DNA of 64,000 nucleotides from Geosiphon pyriformis uo1 (taxonomy: Eukaryota; Fungi; Glomeromycota). How positions within the stretch are numbered: position 1 is the stretch's first letter; every line of letters starts with the position of its first letter. Location of the stretch: positions 62,001 to 126,000 of the forward strand of contig JAAOMT010000151.1 in NCBI GenBank assembly GCA_016748015.1, written 5' to 3'. The notes under the pieces were generated by a model, which worked only from the letters and a program-made list of their open reading frames with translations, did not search any database and was not told where the DNA came from. Below are positions 36,469-49,234 of the stretch, piece by piece. Both the position numbers and the translations under genes were made by a program.

Positions 36469-39400
36469 CTAAGCACCTATATGAACAGAAACCTCACCCC
36501 TTGTGCCTGAAAAAAACAAACAAGACTTATGGAATCCAAAACCAACATCAATCGCCTCAACAACACCCAGCAGCCAAGTTACACCAGATGACAGCCCTAA
36601 AGAAAGCCCAAAAATTGAGACAGGAACTGACCCATCACACAGAATAAGCCCATTCTTTTCCATAAAAGCATGGTGCTTGGCACGAACCAACCAAATGTCT
36701 TCCCAAAAAGCCAAGCTAAATCCACACACAAAGACCACAATGTTCTGACCTGCTATCCTGGAATCTTTAAAGACAGAAACAGACTCACAAAACCAATTCT
36801 TGAAAACAAAACCTTTGCATAGAGTGGTATTAACTGAAATGTTAAATATACAAGTAGACATCAGCTGCGAGACACCTGAGGAAGAATGATCCAAATCAGA
36901 GCACACACTCCAAACTGCCGCATGAGCGTCCAACAACTGAGCATGACCATTGGCATCAAATGAACAAGAAAACACATGGTCTGAGACCTCGACATCACCA
37001 CAAAACAAATACACCACACTGGGGTAGTGCTTATCATAAAGCCACTTATGCATGGTGACAGGGAGCTGATGGTGCAATGCCTTTATAAAATAAGTCTGGA
37101 AACCAGCAGCCATGTGAGAATCCGGATGCCAAACTAGCGACAACTTAAACCAATCAATATCTGTATGTAGACTATCTGCCACTACCTTCATACCACAACT
37201 GATTTCCCAATGTGCACGATGAACTGACCAAAAAATATCCTGAACAAAATGTCTAGAATTACCAGAAATGGCTGCTCCTCCACCTCTAAGATAGCATTCA
37301 TCGACAGAATAGGACAGATGCCAACCAGAAAGAGCTGCAGCCCTGGCCAACTTATCAGCTCATTCGTTGCCTAAAACCCCTGAGTGTTCTTTTACCTTAC
37401 ACCAATTAACTTTTAAATTCTTACGACGAATGACATTAACAATATGGCGGCGTTCAATCCAACACCAATTCCTAAAATCTGGGCAAACCAATTCCATTTC
37501 CAACTTACAAGCATTCAAAGCAGCCTGACTGTCCGAGAACAAGTTGACCAAGTGAGAAGAAGGGATGCACTTGAGCGCCAAAGCAATAGCCTGCAGTTCC
37601 GTCAAGATAGAAGACATCAACTCAGACACCCCCACACCCAAACCCATACCAATGTCCTCAAAGAAAACAGCAGCCCCAGCTTTCATATCAACAGTTCCTA
37701 AATCACTTAGAGATCTATCTGTGTAAACAGAAAAATGACCAACATTAGAATTGAATAAACTGGCACCAATGATGCCAAATTCATGAGACCGAAGAACATC
37801 CGAAGAGTCACGATCAGCCAAAAGCATGGAGCAGATAGGAAGAGAAAACACACCACCAAGAAAATGAACCGAAAGCTCAAACCAAACAGGAACCAGACCA
37901 TGTGGGTTTAACCATTTTTACTATTTGAAGGTCTTCTACTCGAAAACAGCCCCATTTCAGTCTCGTAACTGGTCTACAAAAGCAATCCCATAATGCCAAA
38001 GTGAAGAGACACTCTTGACATAATTTGATTTACTAAGAACAAGAGACATAGGGGTTCCACCCTGACAATGAAAAGCACTAGTCAGAGAGCCACCCAATGA
38101 CAAATCACATCCAGAGAAAATATGCACCACACCCACCAGAAAGTTGTTTAGGAGATTGACCTTGACACAAACTGGACACTGCAAAGGATGTAGCGGGCAC
38201 CAGCAGAGGACCTGCAGATCATGTGACTGGTGAGAAAATAGATGCCCCAAAATTTCAACAGAGTTCGCAAAAAAATGACTGAAGCCAACTTGCTCTCAGC
38301 TTGAACTTGCTCAAAAGTCTTCAGACCATACAGAGAGGAATGATGAATCGCATCATTGGGGAAATCACATGACAAACCAGACTTAGATCTCAAGCCCTTA
38401 CAGATCATAGTGTCCCACTTTCCACAAGCACTAATAGGAACATAACTGAACTGTATTCTATATCCAATGATAGGAAAGAGGACTGCTGAAACCAAATATG
38501 AAAACTGCTTATCAGATACTGCCTTTTTCAGAACTAAATTAGAAAAAAACCAGACATCAGAATGCACTTTAGCCAAGCTAGGCTTTGAAAGACCCTCAGT
38601 TGACAAATAAATCCCCAAATAGCAATGTAATTTCCTCTTCTTGGCAATAGAAATAGGTGACCTGCTGATCAGCAAAGAGGAAGCCGAACCATTACAATTG
38701 ATGGGAATGGCAACAGTCTTATCATTATTAATTGAAATGTCATTGATATTGAAAAATTCACTAGCAATGTTGAGAATGTGCTGTGTGGCACTTTGACTGC
38801 TGCCAATCCATATAATATCATCAATAAAAGCACCTACTGTGAAAAATGAGGATACACCAGCCCAAGACTCAGCATGACCACATCCAGAAATAAAATGAGA
38901 ATTCAATCTATAACCACACCTATCTGCCTGTCTCTTAACTTCACACAAAAGGGGATCATAAAATATGCACCAGAGGAGCGGTAAGAACACCTCCCTCTGG
39001 TCCAAGCCATCATGTACCTCATACTTATCCGTCAAACCAAAATCCATCATAACTCTGTTAATGCGACCATTGTGGATGCCACCAAAAAACCTAATGAACC
39101 TGCAATACATCTTTATCCTAACCAAACTGTCCCAAAGGTGTTCCCACCCAACAGAATCATAAGCCTTCCGCATGTCTTGCAAGACCAACCAGAGCTCACG
39201 ATTCTTCTCCAAAGCATCCTCAATAACTGAACCAATGGCAAAAATAAGAGACTGTGTTGTCGTACCCTTTAAAACTGAAAAATTGTCTCCACGCAGAATG
39301 TCAAAAGTACTACAAGCCAACGAGATCCTATCTGAAAAAATCTTGAAAAGAATCTTGCGGACAGTCTCAATCAAGACAATAGGTCGGGTGTTTGTAAGAA

Positions 39401-41119
39401 CTCCTTCCCACTTATATGGCTTAAGGATCATTGAGACCCAGGCTTCTTTCCAAGCACTAGGTATTGACTTACGAATCAAACAAGAATTTAAAAGTACCAA
39501 AAGCATGTCCAAATTGATCTGTCACAGTGTTTCCAGAGCTCATTCAAGATCCCAGAGAGACCAGCAGCCTTGCTCTCAGGCAGACCAGAAACCACACTAA
39601 ACAACTCATTGAAACCAACAGGACTCATTACACCAGAAAATATACCATCGAAAACATACTCCAAAGACATGTACTAACGAGACCAAATATCAGAGATATC
39701 TGGCACCACCTTGCACTTCCTAGTCCAGCCTTTCATAATCCCATCCACTCTAGCCTTGACCAAGCTGGGCTCCAAAATTAACTTGTTACCCACAACCAGA
39801 TGATTCAGTACCACTTTGTGAAAAGAATGCTCCAAAACACTCCTAATAGTGTGACTTTTGTCCGATTCAAAACTTTCCATCCTTCTATCAATAGCTGCCC
39901 TGATACAGAATTCTTCAGTGCGTTTGGATTCCAGCAACTTAGCAAAGCGGTAAGATTTCCTCGCCTTAGCCAGAGCCGAGTGGATTCTGTCAAAACTGGA
40001 ACTTGAAAGAAATAAAGACTTCACCACTGAAGCACCATTGACATTGAGCTTCTCTCACATATTCAATAACGACGCAAATTCCACACTAGACAACAAACGA
40101 AACGCCTTAACCAGCTTGGATACCAGCAACTCAAGCTTGTGAAACCTAAAAGAACTCTTGGTAAAAACCTCATTATAACCCTTAAACTATTTCTTTTTGA
40201 ATGTTCCAACTGCTGAGAAAACCATTACTTTGTGTACAATATCTCACATAGCATCCAAATCTGAAGATTCTGCAGAAGCAGCAAAATCACTCGAGAACAT
40301 TAGGCTATTGGCCAATGTAGCATTCTTAAAATTGTTCCACTCTTTCTCGCCAGCATTTCCGAAATTAAACTTCCAACGATCTTTATTAGCCTGCTTGCGC
40401 ATCGAATTCAGCCGAGAGTCAAGCAAGCCACCCAAGCCCACAGAAACAGAAACAGCCTTATGATCAGTATCAAAAAAGTCCTCGACACCAGTTATACCAT
40501 GATCCACCACAGCATTGATCAAGCTCGAAGAGACGAACATATAGTCAATGGTCTTAACAACACCATGAGAGTTACCCCATGTCGGCATCTTTGCAAGTGC
40601 ACTTCTACCCAAGACATTAACCAGATCCAGATCAAAGCACTTTTTAAAACTGGCACTCTTACGAATGCTATCCTCATTGAAGACCACAAAAAATGATTCA
40701 TTTACTGCCTTAGCAATCAAAGAATTGATGTTGCCAGCCTGTGAGAATTGGACACTTGAAGAGACATCAGCATAGAGACCCAAAACAGAAACCGAAAGTT
40801 TATTTTTGAAAAGAAGCCTGACAGAGAGGAGCCGACCGGGCACCTCAGAAACCTTGAAAATGTGCCTTGCCAAAGAATTGTTCATGACAATTGCCACATC
40901 AGAACCAAGATAACCAAAATCCAAACCAGAAGTGAAGACCCGAACACCATCGAATTTGTTAGTAATCCAAGGCCGAATCTTATCTTTCAACTTTGTTTCA
41001 GTAATAATCGAAACTAAATTGTTCAAATCTCTGTGCCAATGTATAATGTCCTTTTGCTTCACTGAATTGTTCATTCCCCTAACATTACACGTGGCTATTT
41101 TCCATACTAAATCATTTAT
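36469..41119 (-). pseudogene. ORF2 of LINE-Z1 (APE endonuclease, RT, RNase H, C-terminal CCHC)
   Basis: IATCNVRG/ITETKL/IDYMFVS/TDHKAV; RPIVLIE, DMRKAYDSV, GLDQ, AFIDD; VYTDRS/ELQAI/SDSQ/KEHSG..GNE; FCG..E..DH...C; several stops and frameshifts. Confidence 0.92.
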
Positions 41120-42958
41120 TGAGGTACAAAAGAAACCGCAGAATCTGAGCCAGCACACATCTGATCTAACTTCTCCAATACCGAACTAACCGAAGCTTCG
41201 AGAGCCACCATCTTTGACTCCAAGCAGCCCACTTTCGAAGTCAGAATTTTTGAACTACTTGAACCCAACCTTGAGACACCAGAGGAAATTGAAGAAGGAG
41301 GATTAACCATGAAATCAGGTTCATCCAAAACCATATCCGGACCAAAGTTTGTATCAACTGAACCAGGAGCAACCAAGAACTGAGAAGAGAAGGTAAGAGC
41401 CAAGGGCACCAGACTCAAACTGTCAAGTTTGCCAACAATACCGGACACCTTATCTGTGAGAAGTTCCAAAGAACACTCCAGAGAAGCGAGATAAGTTTCC
41501 AAAATCGAACTAACAGGACCTGCAAGAGACGAGTTACCAACCAAATCTGAGGCGCCAGGAAAAGAGCCAAAACCAGGACCAGAACCAAAGTGAGGACCAT
41601 TAGATAAAGACGCTAGAGAGACAACCTGGGCCCATGATTTGCCACTGAATGCAGCTGGTCTGGAAATAGGCACATTCTTTTTTGCATATAGCTTGGCCAA
41701 CTGAAGGTGGTTCTCATCAGAGACAATCTTTTTAAATGACTTGGAAAGTTTAGGAGAATGTGAGACTTCAGCATCACACTCCAGAACTGAATGACCAAGT
41801 TTCCCACACCGTTCACACCGAACCAGGTCCAATCTAGCCCAAGAAAGTTTCACCCCACCAAAAACAGGCTCCGTATGAAATGCAGACTCTAAATTCTCAT
41901 CATTCTCAAAACAAATCACAGCACAACAAATCCTATTGCCAGTGTCTAAAAAATGATTTATGATACAAGTTTTCCCACCAACCCCCACCAAAAAATCACC
42001 CAGATCATGAGCCATTGTTCTCACTGGCAAAGTAAACAAAAGCACCCTATACCAATCTCTAGACGCCCACGTCTCACGATCCTGCACAGCCTTGGCCATG
42101 CGCACTGAATTTTTCCCAATTAAGAATGACCACTTAGCTGCCAACTGATCTGCCTGACTTGATTCGGCAAACTCCACCACAGCCTTCTGCTACAGCCCAA
42201 TAAGTTGCAATCGGATTGACACCACTTGACCAAATTCAGACACTGCAGTGACAATCATCTCTTTTGGCATATTCATGGGAATTTTCTTGATGACTACGGC
42301 CCGATCTGAACAAACTCCTTGTCTCTTAAGATTGCTGTTTACCATGATGTCATTTTCTCTGACCAATGAAGCAGTCTTTTCCATGCTTTCTGACAAAGTG
42401 AACATTGATCTGATGATCCCTTCAAATTTTGAGGGGGTAATGGCCCCCCCAAAACCATTGATTCGTAAAAACAATTTCTTTATGGCCTGAGTTTTAGATG
42501 TTACCGATTTTTTTTCCACAGCCGAAAGATTGATGTCCAAAACAAAAGATTTTTTTACAGCCACTTCCACCTGAGTTTTAATGATTTTGGGATCAATTCA
42601 TATCTTATCCAAAGAAAAAGACTTATGGAGGGGAAAGAAAAACCTCCTCTTCCTCCTCTATGTCAAAATTAATAGAGCCGAGGGGGGAGCCAACAATCAC
42701 ATTATTATTGAAACACTTGGCTTGGGGTGTATTCATCTTGGAATCAGATATTTCTTCACCTTCAGAAGCCTCCCCATCAGTATCCATGCTATTAAACTGC
42801 CCGACCACTTGACCAGATTCACTACCTTTGAAAGCCACACCATTACTTAATAGCTTAGCACCACCAGAAGGTTTTTTGACCTTATGATTTGAACCACTAC
42901 TAACTGAACCAAAAGTTGGAACTCTGGACGACCTTCTTTTAGCACCAGTACCACTCAT
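41116..42958 (-). pseudogene. ORF1 of LINE-Z1 (RRM-like domains, CERCGKLGHSVLEC knuckle, C-terminal coiled coil)
   Basis: ORFs 42623-42958, 42190-42570 and 41116-42180. Confidence 0.85.
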
Positions 42959-45900
42959 GGGAGCAGCCAGGTTAACAACAAAAGGATTTGTTTCTTGTAA
43001 AGTGATGGAAAACAGTATGAAATAGCAGAAAAAAACTTCTTTCGAAATACGCTTTTTTAAGGATTTTTAGAAAGTAAAAGAGAAAGAAGTTTTTTTTATT
43101 ATTTAAAAAAAAAATATTTTTATCATTTTTATCAAAAATTCAATATTTAAACATATTAAACATAATTATTTTATTTTATTTATATGGTTTATAATTATTT
43201 AACAATTCAAAAATTATTTGTTGTTTTTAAATATATTTTTTTTATAGATAAAAATATAATTGCAAATATAAAAGAGTTGCTTAATATTTAAAACTATAAA
43301 AACAATATAATATTTTTAATTATAAATGTAGAAATTATTAAAAAAAATTAATTAATAATATAATATAATTTTTAATAATTAAATCTAAATATATTTACAA
43401 ATTTTAAATTAAATTTAAACTAAACTTATTATTTAGATTTAAGTTAATAATTTTAAGTTTAATTTAAGTTTAAGTTCAAAATTTAGCCAAAATTATTATT
43501 TAAATTTGGTTTAATTTAATAGTTTAATTAAATTTAGACTAAATTAAACTAAAGAAGTTTTAGCTTTCCTTTTTTTTCCTTTCCATTTATTTTATTAGTT
43601 ATTTTTTCAAACATGCTTAATTTTATTGTGATGGAAATGATGAATATGATTGCTGGTATTTTTGGTTCTGGTTCAACTGGTTTGGAAACCCATTTGAGTG
43701 CTAAGAAAAAATACATAAACAGCATTTACTCCTGTAGAGCATCTTACAAGAAGTCTAAGAAGCCTGTTGTCATTGGTGTTGTTGACTTGTCTGCTGGTTC
43801 ATTGAGCTTGGTGGACTTCAGTAATACTAATAGCAAACCTATGGTGTCCTGAAGAAGTGAAGTTGGCAGTATTAAAAGTAGTATTAGTGGTCTTTTGAAT
43901 TTAAAGAATATGAAAAACACAATAGTGAAGGAAACAAGTTATGCAGATTTGGACAATTCTGTTGACAATAAAGACATGAGTAAGACTACTTCAAGGAAAA
44001 CTTAAACTCGGACCTATGTGTTAGGCTATCCACCAAAAACACCTTTATTCAGTAATATGAGTGATAATAATGATGTTCTGAGTCTTTTTCTTTCTAAGTT
44101 TGTTGGTTTCAATCAGTTGCCATTTGTTAAGTCACATGTTTTAAAGAGACAAAGCTTTGAATCTGTTAAATCATTTGCATTGAATATGGAATTGACTACT
44201 GTGTCTGGAAAAAATATTAGTAATAAGTTAATTTTTATTAAAAAAATCTTTTATTGAATTGATGGTTTTGGAGGGGCATTGACTCCCTCAAAATTTTCAA
44301 GGATCATTAGATCTTCATTTACTTTTGAAATAAGTTTAAAAAAGGCTAGAAAGTTGGCCATTAGTGAGAAAATTTTAGTCAATAATAATGTTAAACAAAT
44401 AAACAAACACATAAATTGGGAAATTGTTGTTAAAGAGATTCCAGTAAATCTTTTCAAATCAGTTGTAAAATCAGTTTTCTCCAAATTCAACAAGATTATT
44501 TCAATTAAAATACAACTGATTGGGCTTTGGCAAAAAGCTGTTGTGAAATTTGATTCATTAGATGTGGCTAGCTCAGTTGCTTCCAAGTGATCAATTTTTA
44601 TGGGTAAAAATTCTGTGCATGTGGCCTTGGCCATTAATGACAAAAAATTCTGGATATCAAGGGACCAGCATCAGGCTTTATTATATATTCTTCCTGTTGG
44701 CACTATAGCTCATGATCTTTCTGATTTAGTGGAAGCTTATAGTAGGAGAACTTGTTTTATTGGCCATAATTTTTACTTATATGTTTATGATAGGTGTGTA
44801 TTAATATGTTTTGATAATGAGGCATCTAAATTGGCTGCCATTAGTTTAGTTTCTGTTTTTAAGAGTGTGAATTTACATTGAGCTGGTCTTTCTCTGGTCT
44901 GTTGTGCTAAGTGTAAACAATTTGATTATATATTTGATGTTTGTTCTGTGAGTAAAAATTCTGGTGGTTATGAGAAGCAGGTAGTTACTTCTTAGAATCA
45001 GATCTGTCTGGTCAATATTTATAAAAAAAAGTAGGCTCTAATTGCTTGGCCAGTTTTTTTTGGTGGTAAAATTTGGACTCAAATTGTTGGTAGTGCTTTT
45101 TTTTGTGTGGTTTTGCTGGTTGTTTCTAATGCTAGTGAGTTTTTTGGTGCAAAACCTCTCTTAATAGAACCTTTCCCAGTTGAAATCTCTTGTTTGAATG
45201 ATTGTTTGGCATTTTTGGAGCACTCTTTGAAGCTGTTAACTGACCAGATTTCTATTATTGTGAAGAAGCTGAGCTTTGTTGAACTAGTGCTTTTGGTGTC
45301 TTTATCTCTTGTTTCTTTTTCTGTTGTTTCTACAACTTTGGCTTTAAGTTTGAATTTAGATATGGCTTTGGATGATAAGTCAGTACTGCCTGCTATTTTT
45401 CTCTCTGTTGTTAATAATGAAGTGTCTGAATTCAGTTCAAGTAGCTCCAAGATTCTTACCAACAAAATAGGTAGTTTGGAGTTAAAAATGATGTTTTTAG
45501 AAGTCTTGATCAGTTTAGTTTTGGCTAGATTAGATTGTTTGTGCTCTAAATTGGGTTCTCCATTGTCTTTTTTGTTTTAATAAGTGGTTTGGTATAAAAA
45601 TTTACTACATACAATGTTCAAAGTATCAATGTTCTTGCAAAGCAAGCAGATGTTATTTATTGGCATGTAAGTTTTAGTTGTTTAGTGTCTTTTGTTACAG
45701 AAACCAAATTGTGGTCCAGTGTTAAATCATAGATTGAAAATAAGTTTGAGGGTGTGTGAATTTTTACATCTGGTTTGGATAAAGGTTTTTTTAATACTGG
45801 AATGGCTGTGATTATGAACAATTCTTTGGCTTGTCATGTGTCTAAGGTAAAGGAGATTTCTGGTCGGGTTATTTCAGTGCATTTTTTGTTTAAAGACAAG

Positions 45901-48370
45901 CTTTTGGTTACAATTCTGGGTTTGTATACTGGTGCTTTTCCCAAGACTAAGTTCAATTAGGCTCCAGAAATGAATTTTCTAATTGCAAAGGCTGTTAATT
46001 CTAGTACTTTTGTGGTTTTGAATGGAGATTTTAATGAAAATAAGTCTGGAAAGAGTGTAAGTTTCAGGTTCTATTTGAATTTGGGTTTGGTCAATTCATT
46101 TGTTGGTCATCATTTGGTGAAAACTTCAACATAGAACAACTTTAGAGGTGTTGAAAAAACTATCAACTATATTTTGTTAGTGGTAATTTGTCTTTTGCTA
46201 TTGCTGATCATTAGATTGGCTCTGTTTCTGGTTTTTTTAACACTAATCACAAGGCCATTATGGTGTCAATTGGCTTGGGTGGACTCTTGAATGTTCATTT
46301 AAATAGCTTGTACAAACAAGCTAATAGGGATTGTTGGGAGTTCAAAATTAAGGAGATGAATAATGCCAAGTGGGTAAAATTTAGGAATTGCTCTTCTACT
46401 AAACTTTTGGTTATGTGGAACAGTTTTTTTATTGCCAAAAATTGTGGTAATATAGATGCTATGTGGGCAGTTTTAAAGGTTGTAATAGTTAAGACTGCTA
46501 ATGAAATATTTTTGAGGCAATAGTACAGTAAGTTTTGGTGTTTAAAGAATAAACATTCATCTAAGTTTTTTGGGTTGGAACTGTTAATGGCTAAGATAGT
46601 TAAGAGATTGAATTCAGGCAACATCCTTGGCTTCAATCATCTTGTAAGGAAGTAGTTGTCTCTGGATGCTGATAAGGCTCTAGTGGTAGTGGAGATGATT
46701 CAGAATAATTGTAGGTCAATGGACATTCTTAAGCATTTATCATTGGTTAGAAAGAAATATCAAAAATCCAAAATGTTTGAATCAAAATTGGCTAAGGAGA
46801 CATCTATTAAAAAGGCAATAAAAAGACATAAAAAAATTTTGTTCTAATAAAAGTGGCATAATTAAAAGCATCTTGAATCAGCCCTTTTGTAAGGTAGTTC
46901 TAGATTACTTAGTGGTAGACAATGAATTGGTTTTGAAACCAAAAAAGATCAAGCTCAGTGTTGATAATATTATGAAGAATTGGACAAAAAAATAGAGTGT
47001 GTCTTCAATAGTGCCCAATCTCTGGGTCTGCCAATATGCACTATTAGATTACGTGAAAAATAATGCTTTCTCTGATATGATGTGTCTGATCAATATAAGT
47101 GAGCTGCACTTGGTTGTTAATAGTCTGCCTAATGACAAAGCTGCTGGCTTGTTTGGCATTCCTAATGAACTATGGAAGTGTAGTGGTGAGGAAGTAATGG
47201 GGTGTCTTTTGGAACTGTTGAATATATGCTTAATGGTTGGAAATGTTCCTGTTTTGTAAAAGAAAACTTGGGTTTTAATGATTCCTAAATCTTATGATTG
47301 AAATAGAATTCTTACAAACACTTGGTCTATTGCTTTGATCAAAACTGCCAGAAAAATTCTTTCCAAAATTATTTCCAATAAGATCTCATCTGTCTGTAGC
47401 AAGTTTGGTGTTTTTTATGATGTTATCAAAGGTTTTTGGTCTCTTTTCTTAAATGTTGTTAATGTTGATTTACTGTGAATTCACATTTTTAGAAAGTAGT
47501 TGGACCTCCAGTAACTGAATTTATCTTCAAATTATCTCCTATAATTTGAACTGCTGGGCTTATAAGTGGAATGGCCAATTCTGTGCCAGTTACTTTGTGT
47601 AGTTACATTGTAGTAAATGTCAACTCTTTTCCAGGAATTGCTTATCTGAAAGCTTACTAAAAATGTGTAGTTATTTTGCTGTAAAAGTCAACTCTTCTAC
47701 AGGAATCTTGTCTATAGGCTACCCTAATGATTATGATAAGAAAAGTAAAAGAAAATAAAAAAAATGTAAAAGAAATAAGATTTTATCAAGAAAAACGTTT
47801 TCTATTTAGGCTTGAAGTCACTAACAGATTACTGAAATTGGTAGCTAATCAATTTCAAAACATTAGTTGTATTGAAGGAATTTCAAGTATAATAATCAAA
47901 AAATTTGTTTTTCAAATATTTAATTTTTATTTAAATGTGTAAAAGATAATTTGTTTCAATTAAGATATCTAAAATAAAATACTGTGATAAGATACTATGA
48001 GAAGATATATTTTCTTGAAGAGAGAAGCTCTTCTTTTATACAACTTGTTGTAGTACTAGTCTTTGAACTTGCACTTTTCTCTTTGCTATAATTTGGGTAA
48101 ATTAAAGATATATTTTGGTGAACTACAAGTTATTCTACAAATTATTGATTATTTCGGCCAATTTTCATTAATTTCGGCGAATTTTGACTATGTTAAATGG
48201 TTCAGGATATTGTGTAATTTGATCATCTTAATTTCTAGAGTACAAATCGGATTATTGATTGAGTAATAATATTTGATAATTTGATTAAATAATAAGTGAT
48301 AATCGAAATAATAATAATATATGCTACTTAATAATAGGAATTATGAGAGTAATTTTATGCTATTTAATAG

Positions 48371-49075
48371 CTAAAATTCTACTGGTAACATAATCTTTTC
48401 CTCAAGACTAAGCTCTGTTAAAGTCCAAGCACTATCTGTAATGTCAAGATAATGGTCCAAAATAATTGAAGTAATTTGGTCTGAAAATTGTTGAAATTTC
48501 AGTTCTGTGAGCTTTCTAATATACTAAATCTTTATTAAATAGAGTATTTGGTTTTGTGTTTTCACAAGTGTTGAATAAATCATAGAGTTTAAATGCTGTT
48601 CTAAGTTTGTAGTGAATGTTTATTAGTTCAGCTGCTGTCTTGAATTCATTGTGAATTTGTTTTTGTATAGCCTCAGGAGTAATGTTAGTTGCTTCAAGTT
48701 CCAGTTTCGTTTATACAGTGTTTTTCCAATATGAAAATATCTATATATAAGAGTATATTTATTGTTCTGTTCATTAAGAAATAGTAGAAGTTTTTGTTGA
48801 ATTGTGACATTTGGTAGAATGTTAATAGGGGCAATTAACAGGTTTTCTTTTAGTGCTTGCTTCAAAGTTCTGGTAACTTATTTTCAGAGTGATCTTTTGT
48901 TTTTTTATAAGAGTAATAGTTCTGAGAATTATTTACTACTGGGGCTGTGGTTTTTTTCTGAATGTAATTAATTTGACTTCCATTAATTGTTATGGATATG
49001 TCAAGCAGTGTTTTCAAGGCTAACATTAATTTTTAGGATATTTGTTGGATATTTCAGGGAATAATTATGATAAAA
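48371..49075 (-). pseudogene. ORF3 of B2 (frameshifted); runs through the PPT into the 3' LTR
   Basis: ORF 48623-48865 (YTLIYRYFHIGKTL) plus downstream RTAFKLYDLF and ELSLEEKIMLPVEF*; start approximate. Confidence 0.7.
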
Positions 49076-49234
49076 AAGACTAACTAACTAATAAAAAAAA
49101 AGAATAAAAAAATTGTTTTTGGGTGTGGAGTTTTTTATTTGTTTTTGGGTTTGGGTTTTTCTTGTAATTATTTACTATTTTTGTTTTCTGTTTTTGTGTG
49201 TTATTAAAAAAGATTATTGTAAAAATATGTTGAA

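Larger units (their letters stand above)
36334..43045 (-). mobile_element. LINE-Z1, near full-length RNase H-containing LINE with poly(A) tail; least decayed TE in the window
   Basis: ORF1 41116-42958, ORF2 36469-41119, A11 tail 36334-36344; retains many CpGs. Confidence 0.93.

Noticed and set aside
36320-43135. TTATCATTTTT as the TSD of LINE-Z1
   Set aside because: Low-complexity match in AT-rich DNA, and not flush with the inferred 5' end.
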